The notes: a model not told the origin generated them from the sequence alone. DNA of 64,000 bases from Alphaproteobacteria bacterium (GCA_965227515.1 CBDDFZ010000001.1:1120001-1184000); one strand, 5' to 3'; counted from the stretch's first letter, positions 29,344 through 39,313 are shown. Numbers and translations are program-made.

Positions 29344-30543
29344 GTGGGTGATGCAACCGTTGATGATGCAGCGGGGGATTTGCAACTCTCGGTCCTGGAG
29401 CGCGCCGAAGAACTGGAGGCAATCCAGCCGGACTGGCAGGCGCTCTATCGGGCGATGCCCGACCGCAAGTTCCACCAGGATCCCTATTGGGCCCGGCGTA
29501 TGTGGGCGCGGGTGGAAGAGCGCAGCGACCGCACGCCGCTCGTCATCGTCGGGCGGGTCGCGGGGCAGATCCGGCTGATCTGGCCGCTGGTCATGTATCG
29601 CCGCCGGTTCTGGCGGGTGACCCAGGCGCTGTCGGAGGAACTGGTCGATTTCGACGCCATTGTCGTGGCGCCGGAACCGCAGGCCGACGCGTGGTGCCGC
29701 GCCGCCTGGGCCAAGATGATCCAGATCACCCGGCCGGACATGGTGGTGTGCCGCCGGATGCCGGCAGGCTCGGCGATGGACCGGCTGGTCGGCCAGGACC
29801 GCTGGCGGTGGGAGAAGCCGTCATGCTCCCCCTATGTCGACCTGACCAGGTACGCCGGCTGGGACGACTACTACGCCCAGCTCAGCAAGAAGACCCGCAG
29901 CACCATTCGCAACCGCCGCAACCGGCTGGCCAGGTTCGGCGCCGTCCGGTTCGACGCGGTCGACGACGCGGCGGAGGCCGAGCGGCTGATCGGCTGGATG
30001 TTCGATGAGAAGCTGCGCCGGCTGGGCACCCGCGGCGAGGCGGTCAAGGACCGCATGACCCATGCCCAGTTCAGCCACGACGCACCGTTCCTGAGCGATG
30101 TCACCACCCAGGGGTTCCGCGACGGCCAGGTCGTCGTGTTCGGCCTCTATGCCGATGAGGATATCGTGGCGGTGATGACCGGTTTCGTCGTCGGCAAGTG
30201 CCTGGTTGGCTGGCTGTTCGGCTATGACGGGCGGTTCATGCCGGGCGCGCCGGGCCGCACCCTGGTGCTGGAAACCATCAAGTGGGCGCAGGCGGGCGGC
30301 ATGGAGACGGTCGACTTCATGCCCGAGCCCGAGGACTACAAGTGGGAGTGGACGGAACTGTCCTATGGCGTGCGCGACGTGCGCATCCCCACCACGCTGT
30401 GGGGGCGGTCGCTGGTCGCCTGGCACCGCAGCTCGTTCCGCGACATGGCCAAGGCCGCCTACCTGAAGATGCCGCGCAACCTGCAGGCGCTGGTGCGCCG
30501 CTCGTCGATGCGCACGGCGGGGACAAAGGACGGCCGGAGCTAG
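29344..30543 (+). CDS. CelD/BcsL-like GNAT acyltransferase
   Basis: WDDYYAQLSKKTRSTIRNRRNRLARFG, APGRTLVLETI, DFM..EDYK.EW. Confidence 0.8.
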   Translation: MGDATVDDAAGDLQLSVLERAEELEAIQPDWQALYRAMPDRKFHQDPYWARRMWARVEERSDRTPLVIVGRVAGQIRLIWPLVMYRRRFWRVTQALSEELVDFDAIVVAPEPQADAWCRAAWAKMIQITRPDMVVCRRMPAGSAMDRLVGQDRWRWEKPSCSPYVDLTRYAGWDDYYAQLSKKTRSTIRNRRNRLARFGAVRFDAVDDAAEAERLIGWMFDEKLRRLGTRGEAVKDRMTHAQFSHDAPFLSDVTTQGFRDGQVVVFGLYADEDIVAVMTGFVVGKCLVGWLFGYDGRFMPGAPGRTLVLETIKWAQAGGMETVDFMPEPEDYKWEWTELSYGVRDVRIPTTLWGRSLVAWHRSSFRDMAKAAYLKMPRNLQALVRRSSMRTAGTKDGRS

Positions 30544-30565
30544 GCGCCCTTTGGTGCATTAGATG

Positions 30566-30703
30566 CCCTCACCCTCCCAGCCTGCGGCTGGGCCCCTCCC
30601 TCTCCCAAGCTGGGAGAGGGGATTCGACCGCGCCTTTTCACCCTCTCCCGCGAAGTGGGAGAGGGAGGGACCCGGTCGGCGTAGCCGGACGGGAGGGTGA
30701 GGG
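30566..30703. repeat. Multi-hairpin REP-like element (CCCTCTCCC/GGGAGAGGG type)
   Basis: Outer IR CCCTCACCCTCCC/GGGAGGGTGAGGG enclosing two CCCTCTCCC..GGGAGAGGG hairpins; lies between convergent genes. Confidence 0.85.
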
Positions 30704-30712
30704 TCCGTAACG

Positions 30713-32386
30713 TTACCTGAACAACGCCTCCATCGCCGGCTCGATGCGGGCGAAGACCGACATGACGTTCTCGCCGTTCAGCGTGACCAGGCCGTTCGCC
30801 GGCATGACGAACTGGTAGAGCCACGTCGACGGCCCGCCCTCGGCCGCCTCGACGATGGCCTCGGCCTCCAGCACCGCCGCGACCTCGTCCGCGGTCTGCT
30901 GGTCGATCAGATGGGCGACGACCAGCGGCGACAGGATGTCGGTCAGCCGCACGTCGGCGCCGCCGGTCACGAGGGTCGGCGATTGCGGGTCAGCCAGCAG
31001 GTCGCCGTGGACCGCGATCTCGGCCGACAGGATCGCCATCTCCAGGTCGTAGACCAGCGACGCGCCGGCGTGCAGCAAGGCCCCGGAGAACGCATCGGCG
31101 ACGCGTTCGATCACATCCTCCGGATCGAGGGTCGGATCGAGCATGGCCGCGTCCAGTTCGTCGGCGATCACGCCCACCGGCACGTTGCTGGCGCTGACGC
31201 TGATCGAGCCCCGGTGCGGGATCAGGGCCTCGATGTCGATATCGTCGGCGTAGTTCAGCGGGAACTCGAACGTGAACCCGTCGATGGCGAACAGGAAGTC
31301 CAGGCTGGCGAGGTCGCCGCGCAGGCCGTCCGCCGACAGCGCGACCTCCTGGTAGGCGATCTCGTTGCGCGCCAGCGGCTGGTCGGTGACATAGTCCTCC
31401 ACCACCGTGCGGTAGTCGATGCTGTCATAGAACGGCGGCATGTCCATGACGGTGATGAACGCCAGCCGTTCAGGGTCCTGCTCGTCGTAGCTGTCCAGCC
31501 GGTCGGCGGCGATGTCGCCGATGACGGTGGCCAGTTCCTCGACATAGTCGCGCCATTCCAGCATCGGCACGTCGGTGAACCCGAGCTCCGCCTGGATGGA
31601 GCCGATGGTCTGGCTGCCGCCCATGCCGTCCTGCGATGTCATGCCGGTCAGCCGGTACCAGCCCTCGGCATCCCAGTTGCCGTTCTCACCCTCGATGAAC
31701 GCGAATTCCGACTCGTAGTTGTCGACCACGATCTCGATGTCGAACGCGCCACCCATCGCCAGGTCGTCGAACAGCATGCCGAGCCCGATCGACATGGCCA
31801 TGTTGTCCATGTTCGACACCAGCGCGGTGGGGTAGTCCAGCGCGTCCGACCAGACGCCGCTGATGGTCGAGACGTCATATGACAGGCCGAGGATCTGCTC
31901 GCCGTCCAGGGTCGCGGCCATGGTCCACGGCCCCGACATATCGAACCCGGTCAGGTCCGGGTCGTCCTCGCGCGGGTCGAGATGGATCACCATCTCGCCG
32001 AACGCGAAGTGCAGCATCGAAACGGGCTGGACCGGCGGCTCGTCGTGATCGGGTATCAACTCCCGGTCCGGTTGCTCGTCGTCCGGTCCCCCATCGTCCG
32101 GTCCCATGGGGCGCAGGTCGGACGCGTCGGGGTCGACCTCGAACTGCAGCACGAAGGCGGGGATCGTCAGCCGGTAGCGCGCGCCATCCACGGCGACGTC
32201 GATCGGCGCCGACCAGACGATGGTGCCGCCCAGCGTCTCCTCGACATCGGCGAAGAAATTGGCGAAGTCGGCCTGCAGGACCGCCGCCCCGGTGGCGTCC
32301 GCCGCCTGTGCCGGACTGAAGGTTGCGAGAGCGGCAACGAGCGCCGCGGCGCTACACGTCGTCGAACTGAAAAGGTATGGTTTCAT
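30713..32386 (-). CDS. Exported acidic beta-rich protein (DUF2125/YdgA-like), paralog 1
   Basis: Start MKPYLFSS after the repeat; signal peptide ..SPAQA; C-terminus YQFVMPANGLVTLNGENV. Confidence 0.7.
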   Translation of the reverse strand: MKPYLFSSTTCSAAALVAALATFSPAQAADATGAAVLQADFANFFADVEETLGGTIVWSAPIDVAVDGARYRLTIPAFVLQFEVDPDASDLRPMGPDDGGPDDEQPDRELIPDHDEPPVQPVSMLHFAFGEMVIHLDPREDDPDLTGFDMSGPWTMAATLDGEQILGLSYDVSTISGVWSDALDYPTALVSNMDNMAMSIGLGMLFDDLAMGGAFDIEIVVDNYESEFAFIEGENGNWDAEGWYRLTGMTSQDGMGGSQTIGSIQAELGFTDVPMLEWRDYVEELATVIGDIAADRLDSYDEQDPERLAFITVMDMPPFYDSIDYRTVVEDYVTDQPLARNEIAYQEVALSADGLRGDLASLDFLFAIDGFTFEFPLNYADDIDIEALIPHRGSISVSASNVPVGVIADELDAAMLDPTLDPEDVIERVADAFSGALLHAGASLVYDLEMAILSAEIAVHGDLLADPQSPTLVTGGADVRLTDILSPLVVAHLIDQQTADEVAAVLEAEAIVEAAEGGPSTWLYQFVMPANGLVTLNGENVMSVFARIEPAMEALFR

Positions 32387-32405
32387 TGTTCTTGCCTCTG
32401 GAACA

Positions 32406-32516
32406 TGATCGTTCAAGTCGGCGCCAGCCCTCTCCCCCACCCGGCCGCCCAGATAGCATACTTTCGTGGGCGGCCGGGTGGGGGAGAGGGCCGGTGCCGG
32501 TTCAGCGCGAGCTGAC
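32406..32516 (-). repeat. Dispersed hairpin element, copy C
   Basis: Arms 32419-32451/32467-32499, loop GATAGCATACTTTCG, flanks TGATCGTTCAAGT and TTCAGCGCGAGCTGAC. Confidence 0.9.
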
Positions 32517-32607
32517 ACGATCAAGGTGTATGTCCCACATCCCACTGTTTGGATGGCACACTTAGTGCGCCAAGTGGGCCGAAATTTGGCGCTGTTCACG
32601 AGACACG

Positions 32608-32637
32608 AAAAAGGGCCGCGCCCGAAGGCACGGCCCT
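32608..32637 (-). terminator. Rho-independent terminator
   Basis: Minus strand AGGGCCGTG-loop-CGCGGCCCT followed by a T-run. Confidence 0.7.
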
Positions 32638-32657
32638 GTTGCATTGGGCTGAGAATT

Positions 32658-32739
32658 CGGTTCCAGCCCACACCCCCTCCCGGCCACCCAACGATCGTAT
32701 GCTGTCTGGGCGGCCGGGAGGGGGTGTGGGCCGGTGCCG
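32658..32739 (+). repeat. Dispersed hairpin element, divergent copy D
   Basis: Arms 32658-32690/32707-32739 with three compensatory substitutions, loop ACGATCGTATGCTGTC. Confidence 0.85.
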
Positions 32740-32780
32740 CACTGAAAATGAGCGTGTCGCGCTCATTTTCGAGCGAAGAC

Positions 32781-34298
32781 TCAGAACGGCATGTTGCCCA
32801 GCAGCGGGTCCAGGTCCTGGCCGTTCATGCGCACTTCGCCGCCTGAGGTGATCTCGAAGTCATAGATCGTCAGCGGCGTGCCGTTGGCATCCTCGTCCGC
32901 CTGCCCCATGGCCTGGATCATGGTCATGGCCGCGGCCTGCTCGTTGCCGACCGTGCGCCCGACCTCGTCGATCATCGCGGCCATCTCGTTGACCACGATG
33001 GTGAGCCCGCCGCTGGTCATGAACGGCGAGCTGGCGTCGGCGGCGATACCGCCTTCGAACTGGATCAGCCCGGTTTCCCAACCGATGTCGCCGACGATGT
33101 CCATCGACGTGCCGGACTGCAGCATCAACTGGACGAACTGCTGGCCCAGCATCGGGCCGACGGCATCCATGTCCTGGATCTCGCTGCCGCCGACGGTGTC
33201 TTCCAGCGCCCCCCAGCCCAGGCCGGTGGGTACGTCATTGGCGGTGATCTCCACGTCGACGATGGTCGGCACGAAGTTCTCCGGCACGTCGCCCTGCGGG
33301 ATGTCGAGGCCCTGCAGGTAGAAGCTGAGAATCCAGTTCGAGGTGTCCTCGCCCAGGCCGAAGATGCCGAATTCGAAGCTGTGCTCGTCGATGAACACCT
33401 GGTCGCCCGGCGCACCGCCGGTCAGCCCGGCGACGTACCAGCCCAGCGAGAAGTCCTCGACCACGGTCGGCATGTCCAGAACCAGCCGCTTGATCATGGA
33501 GAAGAGCTCGAGCTGGCTGCCCGGCTCGTCCAACTGGCCGTCGGTCAGGCCGTGCTCCTCGGCATAGTCCATGTATTCGCTGAACGCGAAGCCGCCGAAG
33601 TTCTCGTAGAAGGACAGCTCGGTGAACTGCAGCGGGACCTGGCCCTCGACCTCGGCGACCAGATCGGCGATGCGGATCTCGGCGTCGCCGTCCCACAGCC
33701 CGGGCCGGGTCTCCAGCATGTTCAGCACCAGCGACAGCTCGGCCACGGTCAGCCGCCCGTCGTCCATGTCGGCGCCCTCTGTGGGCTGCGCGACCAGGTT
33801 GTCGAACAGGATGTCCAGGCTGGTGGCGTAGTCGATGTCCGCCGACCAGTCTCCCCCGATGTGATGGTTGCCGATGATGACCTCGCCGCTGCCGTCCTCG
33901 CCGTGGATGACGAACGTCACCGGCTTGTCGCCCTCGCCGAAGGTCGCGTCGAAGCTGTACATATCCGGGTCGACCGGGTCCGGCACGATGGTGATGGTCA
34001 GGTCGCCGAAGTCCGCGCCGCCTAGCTCGATGGAAGGCACGTCCGGGTCGCCTATCACCAGGGCCAGATCGGCCAGGGTCACGACGTAGGCCTCGCCGTC
34101 GATGGCGACATCGATGCCGCCGGCCGCCGCGATCGTCGTCGCGGCACTGGAGGAATCTTCCAGCCACGCCTCGACCGCCTGCTGGATACGGTTCGCCTCG
34201 GCCTGGTTGGCGGCGGACGCCGGCGCGGCCCAGACGGCCAGCGCGGTGGTGGCGAGCAAGGCACTGAGAGTGGCGGATCTGGAACGGTGTCCGATCAT
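32781..34298 (-). CDS. Exported acidic beta-rich protein (DUF2125/YdgA-like), paralog 2
   Basis: Signal peptide ALLATTALAVWAAPASA; C-terminus YDFEITSGGEVRMNGQDL. Confidence 0.72.
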   Translation of the reverse strand: MIGHRSRSATLSALLATTALAVWAAPASAANQAEANRIQQAVEAWLEDSSSAATTIAAAGGIDVAIDGEAYVVTLADLALVIGDPDVPSIELGGADFGDLTITIVPDPVDPDMYSFDATFGEGDKPVTFVIHGEDGSGEVIIGNHHIGGDWSADIDYATSLDILFDNLVAQPTEGADMDDGRLTVAELSLVLNMLETRPGLWDGDAEIRIADLVAEVEGQVPLQFTELSFYENFGGFAFSEYMDYAEEHGLTDGQLDEPGSQLELFSMIKRLVLDMPTVVEDFSLGWYVAGLTGGAPGDQVFIDEHSFEFGIFGLGEDTSNWILSFYLQGLDIPQGDVPENFVPTIVDVEITANDVPTGLGWGALEDTVGGSEIQDMDAVGPMLGQQFVQLMLQSGTSMDIVGDIGWETGLIQFEGGIAADASSPFMTSGGLTIVVNEMAAMIDEVGRTVGNEQAAAMTMIQAMGQADEDANGTPLTIYDFEITSGGEVRMNGQDLDPLLGNMPF

Positions 34299-34471
34299 GT
34301 CGTGTGCTCCGGTTCAGATGGGCGACGGGCCGGGCGGGTGCGTCCTGCGCCTGAGCGCGGCCCGATGAAACTTTGCATTCGGTATTGGCAGAATGTGGCA
34401 GCACTGCGGTAACGCGGCCAGCATTTGATGTTGCACATCTTGGCGCGAGCCGCCAAATCTTGCCCATGCAT

Positions 34472-37165
34472 ATGGGCCACGCTCCGGCACAGGGCCGCGT
34501 TACCGTCAAGGCCGTGCTCGGCCCGACCAATACCGGCAAGACGCATCTGGCGATCGAGCGCATGCTGGCGCACCGCAGCGGCATGATCGGCCTGCCGTTG
34601 CGCCTGTTGGCGCGGGAGATCTACGACCGCATCGTCACCGTGCGCGGCACCCGCAGTGTCGCCTTGGTCACCGGCGAGGAGAAGATCGTCCCGCCGTCGG
34701 CGAGCTACTATGTCTGCACGGTGGAGGCGATGCCGCTGGACATTCCGGTGGAGTTCCTGGCCATCGACGAGGTGCAGCTCGCCGCCGACGCCCATCGCGG
34801 CCACGTTTTCACCCAGCGCATCCTGGGCGCGCGCGGCATCTCCGAGACCATGTTGCTGGGGTCCGATACCGCCGCCCCCCTGTTGCGCAAGCTGTTGCCG
34901 GGGCTGGAAGTGGAGCGGCGCGAGCGGTTGTCGCGGCTCAGCTACGCCGGCCCGCGCAAGCTGCATCGCCTGTCGCCGCGCACGGCGGTGGTGGCGTTCT
35001 CGGCCGAGGACGTCCACGACATCGCGGTCGCATTGCGCCGCCGGCGCGGCGGTTGCGCGGTGGTGATGGGCGCGCTCAGCCCGCGCACCCGCAACGCCCA
35101 GGTGGCGATGTACCAGGCCGGCGAGGTCGACTTCCTGGTCGCCACCGATGCCATCGGCATGGGCCTGAACATGGACATCGACCATGTCGCGTTCGCCAGC
35201 ACCACCAAGTTCGACGGCAAGCGCATCCGCACTCTGACCGACGCGGAGATCGGCCAGATCGCGGGGCGCGCCGGCCGCCACCTGCGCGACGGCACTTTCG
35301 GGGTCACAGACCGCCAGTATCCGTTCGAGCAGGAGCGGATCGACGCGCTGGAAGCACACGACTTCCCGCCCGCCTATTGGTTCACCTGGCGCAATGGGTC
35401 CATCGACACCCGGAACCTGGCGTCGCTGAAGGCCAGCCTGCGCCAACCGCCGCCGCAGCCGTTCCTGGTGCCGGTCGCCGACGCGGTCGACCAGGCAACC
35501 CTGGATGCGCTGACCGAGCAGCCAGACCTTGCCGCGCTGGCGCAGGACCGTGACGGCGTCGCCCTGCTGTGGGACGTGTGCCAGATCCCGGACTTCGTCC
35601 AGGGCTCGGTGGCGAGCCATGCCCGCTTCCTGGGACGTGTGTTCGCCTATCTGCGCGGGCCCGACGAGCGGCTGCCGACCGACTGGGTCGCGCGCAACAC
35701 CGCCAAGCTGGACAACCAGACCGGCGACATCCCGGTGCTGCTGGACCGGATCGCACGCATCCGCTCGTGGACCTATCTGGCGCATCGCGCCGACTGGGTC
35801 GACGACCCCGACCACTGGCGCGAGCGCACCCGCGATATCGAGGACCGGCTGAGCGACGCGCTGCACGACCGGCTTACCGACCAGTTCGTCGATCCCTACG
35901 GTCCGCAGCACGGCCGCCGCCGTCATGACGGGCCGGCGCCGGTGGGGGTGGTGCGGTCCGACGAGGTGCTGCTGGACGGCACCGCCATTGGCGTCATTCA
36001 GGGCCTGAGCTTCATGCCGGCGCCCGACGGCGAGATCGACGCGGTGACCCTGCGCCATGGCCGGCGCGGCGAGGATGGGGCCAGGGCACGCGCGGTGCGC
36101 CAGGCGCTTCGGGGCGCGGTGCCGGCGCGGGTGCGGGCGGTCGCAGAAGCCGCCGACGCCGATTTCAAGCTGGGCGCGGACGGGCACGTGCGCTGGCAGG
36201 GCCATGCGGTTGCCAAACTGGTGCGCGGCGACGACATCCTGCACCCGAAGGTGGAGCTGGTCGGGAACCTGGAACTGTCGCCTGACGACCGGGTGCGGAT
36301 CGTGGCACGGATACAGGCCTGGCTGGCGGCTGAGCTGGCCACCCGCCTGAAACCGCTGTTCGATCTGGCGAGCGCCAGTCTGGGCGGCCATGCGCGCGGC
36401 ATCGCCTTCCAGTTGGCCCATGGGTTGGGCATGGTCTCGCGCGCCAGCGTGCGCGCCCATGTCGATGGGCTGGCCACCGGCGACCGGCGGGCCTTGCGCG
36501 CGCTGGGAGTCCGCATCGGGCGGGCGAGCCTGACCGTGACCACGCTGCGCAGCCCGCTGGCGGCGCGCACCCGCGCGATGCTGTGGTGCCTGTGGGCTGG
36601 CCAGGACGTGCCCAACCTGCCTGCGAGGGGTGGGCGCAGCGTGCCGGCCGATCCGGCGGCACCGGCGGCGTTCTACGAGGCGCTGGGCCATTGGCTGGTC
36701 GGCCGTCGCGCGGTGCCGATCTCCAATGTGGAGTGGATCGCCGGCCGCGCCGGCGCCACCCTGCGCAAGGGCGTGCTGGCCCCGACCCCGGAGCTGGCAT
36801 CGTGCGCCGACCTGACCCTGGCCGAATTGCGCGACCTGTTGTCCCGCCTGGGCTATCGGCGCGTGCAGGGTGCGGACGGCGTTCACTTCCGCCTGCACGG
36901 CAGGCGCGACCGGCCACGCGGCAACGCCGGCAAGGGCGCCAAGAAGCCGCCCGCCGAGCGCAACGACCAGGCCAACGCCAAAAATAAGTCCAACGGCAAG
37001 CCTGGGCGCAAGCCGGACGCCGCCCAGAGCGAGCCCGTCAAACAAGTTGCGGATACCCGCGCCAAGCCGCCGCGTCGCCGCCGCAAGCCGCCGGCTGCGA
37101 TCAATCCCGACTCGCCCTTTGCCGTCCTGCGCGACCTGAAGCGACAGCTCGAGCGCGGCCGATGA
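34472..37165 (+). CDS. SUV3-like SF2 ATP-dependent helicase (MgpS type)
   Basis: AVLGPTNTGKTHLAIERM, IDEVQL, VATDAIGMGLN, QIAGRAGR, NPDSPFAVL tail. Confidence 0.93.
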   Translation: MGHAPAQGRVTVKAVLGPTNTGKTHLAIERMLAHRSGMIGLPLRLLAREIYDRIVTVRGTRSVALVTGEEKIVPPSASYYVCTVEAMPLDIPVEFLAIDEVQLAADAHRGHVFTQRILGARGISETMLLGSDTAAPLLRKLLPGLEVERRERLSRLSYAGPRKLHRLSPRTAVVAFSAEDVHDIAVALRRRRGGCAVVMGALSPRTRNAQVAMYQAGEVDFLVATDAIGMGLNMDIDHVAFASTTKFDGKRIRTLTDAEIGQIAGRAGRHLRDGTFGVTDRQYPFEQERIDALEAHDFPPAYWFTWRNGSIDTRNLASLKASLRQPPPQPFLVPVADAVDQATLDALTEQPDLAALAQDRDGVALLWDVCQIPDFVQGSVASHARFLGRVFAYLRGPDERLPTDWVARNTAKLDNQTGDIPVLLDRIARIRSWTYLAHRADWVDDPDHWRERTRDIEDRLSDALHDRLTDQFVDPYGPQHGRRRHDGPAPVGVVRSDEVLLDGTAIGVIQGLSFMPAPDGEIDAVTLRHGRRGEDGARARAVRQALRGAVPARVRAVAEAADADFKLGADGHVRWQGHAVAKLVRGDDILHPKVELVGNLELSPDDRVRIVARIQAWLAAELATRLKPLFDLASASLGGHARGIAFQLAHGLGMVSRASVRAHVDGLATGDRRALRALGVRIGRASLTVTTLRSPLAARTRAMLWCLWAGQDVPNLPARGGRSVPADPAAPAAFYEALGHWLVGRRAVPISNVEWIAGRAGATLRKGVLAPTPELASCADLTLAELRDLLSRLGYRRVQGADGVHFRLHGRRDRPRGNAGKGAKKPPAERNDQANAKNKSNGKPGRKPDAAQSEPVKQVADTRAKPPRRRRKPPAAINPDSPFAVLRDLKRQLERGR

Positions 37166-37551
37166 GCGAGGATGCCGCCCGGCAGCGACTGGACAAATGG
37201 CTCTGGTTCGCCAGATTCTACAAGAGCCGCACGCTGGCCGCGGCGGCCTGCAACGGCGGCAAGATCAGGGTCAATCGCGCGCCGGTGGCCAAGGCAAACA
37301 CAGCGGTGAAGGTGGGCGACGTGCTGACATTCGCCCGCGGCCCCCACGTGCGGGTTATCGAGGTTGCGGCGCTGGGCGTGCGCCGTGGGCCGGCGCCGGA
37401 AGCGGCGACACTCTACGTCGACCTGCAGCCGCCTGAGCCGCGCAAGGCTGCGCCGGAGAGCCAGGAACAGGCGCACCGCGCACCGGGCAGCGGTCGGCCG
37501 ACCAAGCGCGACCGGCGCCAGATCGACCGCATTCGCGGCCTCGAGTCATGA
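37162..37551 (+). CDS. hslR: Ribosome-associated heat shock protein Hsp15 (S4 domain)
   Basis: RLDKWLWFARFYKSRTLA, GRPTKRDRRQIDR. Confidence 0.93.
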   Translation: MSEDAARQRLDKWLWFARFYKSRTLAAAACNGGKIRVNRAPVAKANTAVKVGDVLTFARGPHVRVIEVAALGVRRGPAPEAATLYVDLQPPEPRKAAPESQEQAHRAPGSGRPTKRDRRQIDRIRGLES

Positions 37552-37600
37552 TGCGCCTCCGCCCCGCCGCGCCGTGGGGCATGGAACGGGAGACAGGACC

Positions 37601-38083
37601 ATGTTCGGTCGGCTGAAAGAGTTGTTTGTCGTCGAGACCGATATCGCCGACGACGCGGGCGGCTCTGGCGAGGGGTTCGACGACGTGCAGTTGGCGGCCG
37701 CCGCCCTGATGATCGAGACCGCCAGCCTGGACGACCATTTCGGCGAGGACGAGCGTGCCGAGATCAAGCGGCTTGTGCGCGCGGAGTTCGCGCTCGACAG
37801 CGCGGTGGCGGACCGGCTGATCGCGGCGGCGGAACTGGCCGCGGGCGACGCCACCCATTATCAGCGCTTCACCCAGACGCTGAAAGACGCTTATGACGAC
37901 GCCGAACGCACCAGAATGATGGAAATGCTGTGGCGGGTGGCCTATGCCGATGGCCAGGTACACGATCTGGAAGCAAGCATGATGCGCCGCATTGGCGGGT
38001 TGCTCTATATTTCGGATCGTGACAACGGTGCGGCGCGCAAGCGGGCCCTGGCCGGGCGCGACGACCCGTTGACGGCCGATTGA
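37601..38083 (+). CDS. TerB-family protein
   Basis: QLAAAALMIETA, MLWRVAYADG..HDLEASMMRRIGGLL. Confidence 0.85.
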   Translation: MFGRLKELFVVETDIADDAGGSGEGFDDVQLAAAALMIETASLDDHFGEDERAEIKRLVRAEFALDSAVADRLIAAAELAAGDATHYQRFTQTLKDAYDDAERTRMMEMLWRVAYADGQVHDLEASMMRRIGGLLYISDRDNGAARKRALAGRDDPLTAD

Positions 38084-38137
38084 CGAACTGACTTTGCTAC
38101 ACGCCGGCGCGCATGCCGGCGAGGGAGGGATGAGCGA

Positions 38138-38473
38138 ATGACCTACGTGGTGCTGGAGGCCTGCATCAAGTGCAAGTACATGGATTGCGTCGAAGTCTGC
38201 CCGGTCGACTGCTTCTACGAAGGTGAAAACATGCTCGTCATCCACCCGGATGAGTGCATCGATTGCGGCGTGTGCGAGCCCGAATGCCCCGTCGAGGCGA
38301 TCGTGCCCGACACCGAGCCGAACATCGACAAATGGCTCGAAGTTAACCGTGACTACGCCGAGCAATGGCCGAACATTACCCAGAAGGGCGCGTCGCCAGA
38401 CGATTCTGACGATTGGAAGGACGTGAAGGAAAAGGCCGAACATTTCAGCCCGAATCCCGGCGCCGGGGATTAA
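38138..38473 (+). CDS. fdxA: 7Fe ferredoxin
   Basis: [33 protein letters not shown]. Confidence 0.96.
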   Translation: MTYVVLEACIKCKYMDCVEVCPVDCFYEGENMLVIHPDECIDCGVCEPECPVEAIVPDTEPNIDKWLEVNRDYAEQWPNITQKGASPDDSDDWKDVKEKAEHFSPNPGAGD

Positions 38474-38792
38474 CCAAGTCAGCTACCGCCCGGCACTTTT
38501 TTGTACAAAAACGGCGGATTTTGTGGTAGCTTACTTGGGTTGAGGTCGGTGCATTGCAGGCTTGGGTGAAGGTTTGTGGTTAACGCTTTCTCAGTCTTGG
38601 CAGTGCGCGGTCACCCTAGTGAATTCGCCGTGAGGCTAGGCGGACGCTGACGTCGGCCGGATCACAAATTGGGCGGAATTCACCCGTAGGATCAAGCGAA
38701 CGACGACACTCCGTTCGAACAGGAGTTCGAGCGCTGTGGGCGTTGTTGTGAGTCGCCGTTATTGCGCGTTGAACGAGGGCTGAACAGACAAG

Positions 38793-39290
38793 ATGTCGGA
38801 AAAGATGGATTTCAAGCCGGGTGAGAGCGTCGTCTATCCCACCCACGGTGTCGGTAAGATCGAGGCGATCGAAACCCAGACCATCGCGGGCCATGAGCTG
38901 CGTGTGCTGGTGGTCAGCTTCGAGAAGGACCGGATGACGTTGCGGGTGCCGATCAACAAGATCGGCGCGTCGGGCCTGCGCGCGCTGAGTTCGCGCCAGC
39001 AGATGGACAGTGCCCTGAAGACCCTGAAGGGCCGGGCGCGCACCAAGCGCACCATGTGGAGCCGCCGGGCGCAGGAGTACGAAGCGAAGATCAACTCCGG
39101 CGACCCGGTGTCGATCGCCGAGGTGGTGCGCGATTTGCACCGCTCGTCGAACCAGCCGGACCAGTCGTACAGCGAGCGCCAGATCTACCAGGCGGCACTC
39201 GACCGCCTGGTGCGTGAGCTGGCGGCGGTGGAAAGCATCGGCGAGACCGACGCGGTCACCAAGCTGGAGCAGGTGCTGGAAGCCGCCTGA
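38793..39290 (+). CDS. carD: CarD family transcriptional regulator
   Basis: VVYPTHGVGKI, MWSRRAQEYEAKINSGD, SYSERQIYQAAL. Confidence 0.96.
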   Translation: MSEKMDFKPGESVVYPTHGVGKIEAIETQTIAGHELRVLVVSFEKDRMTLRVPINKIGASGLRALSSRQQMDSALKTLKGRARTKRTMWSRRAQEYEAKINSGDPVSIAEVVRDLHRSSNQPDQSYSERQIYQAALDRLVRELAAVESIGETDAVTKLEQVLEAA

Positions 39291-39313
39291 AGCGGAGAGT
39301 CCTGACAGATTAG

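Noticed and set aside
32387-32671. N-terminal extension of ORF 30713..32671 reading through repeat copy C
   Set aside because: A signal peptide begins at 32386; the extension is just a stop-free translation of the repeat.
34295-37045. 916-aa minus-strand ORF
   Set aside because: Shadow of the helicase gene.
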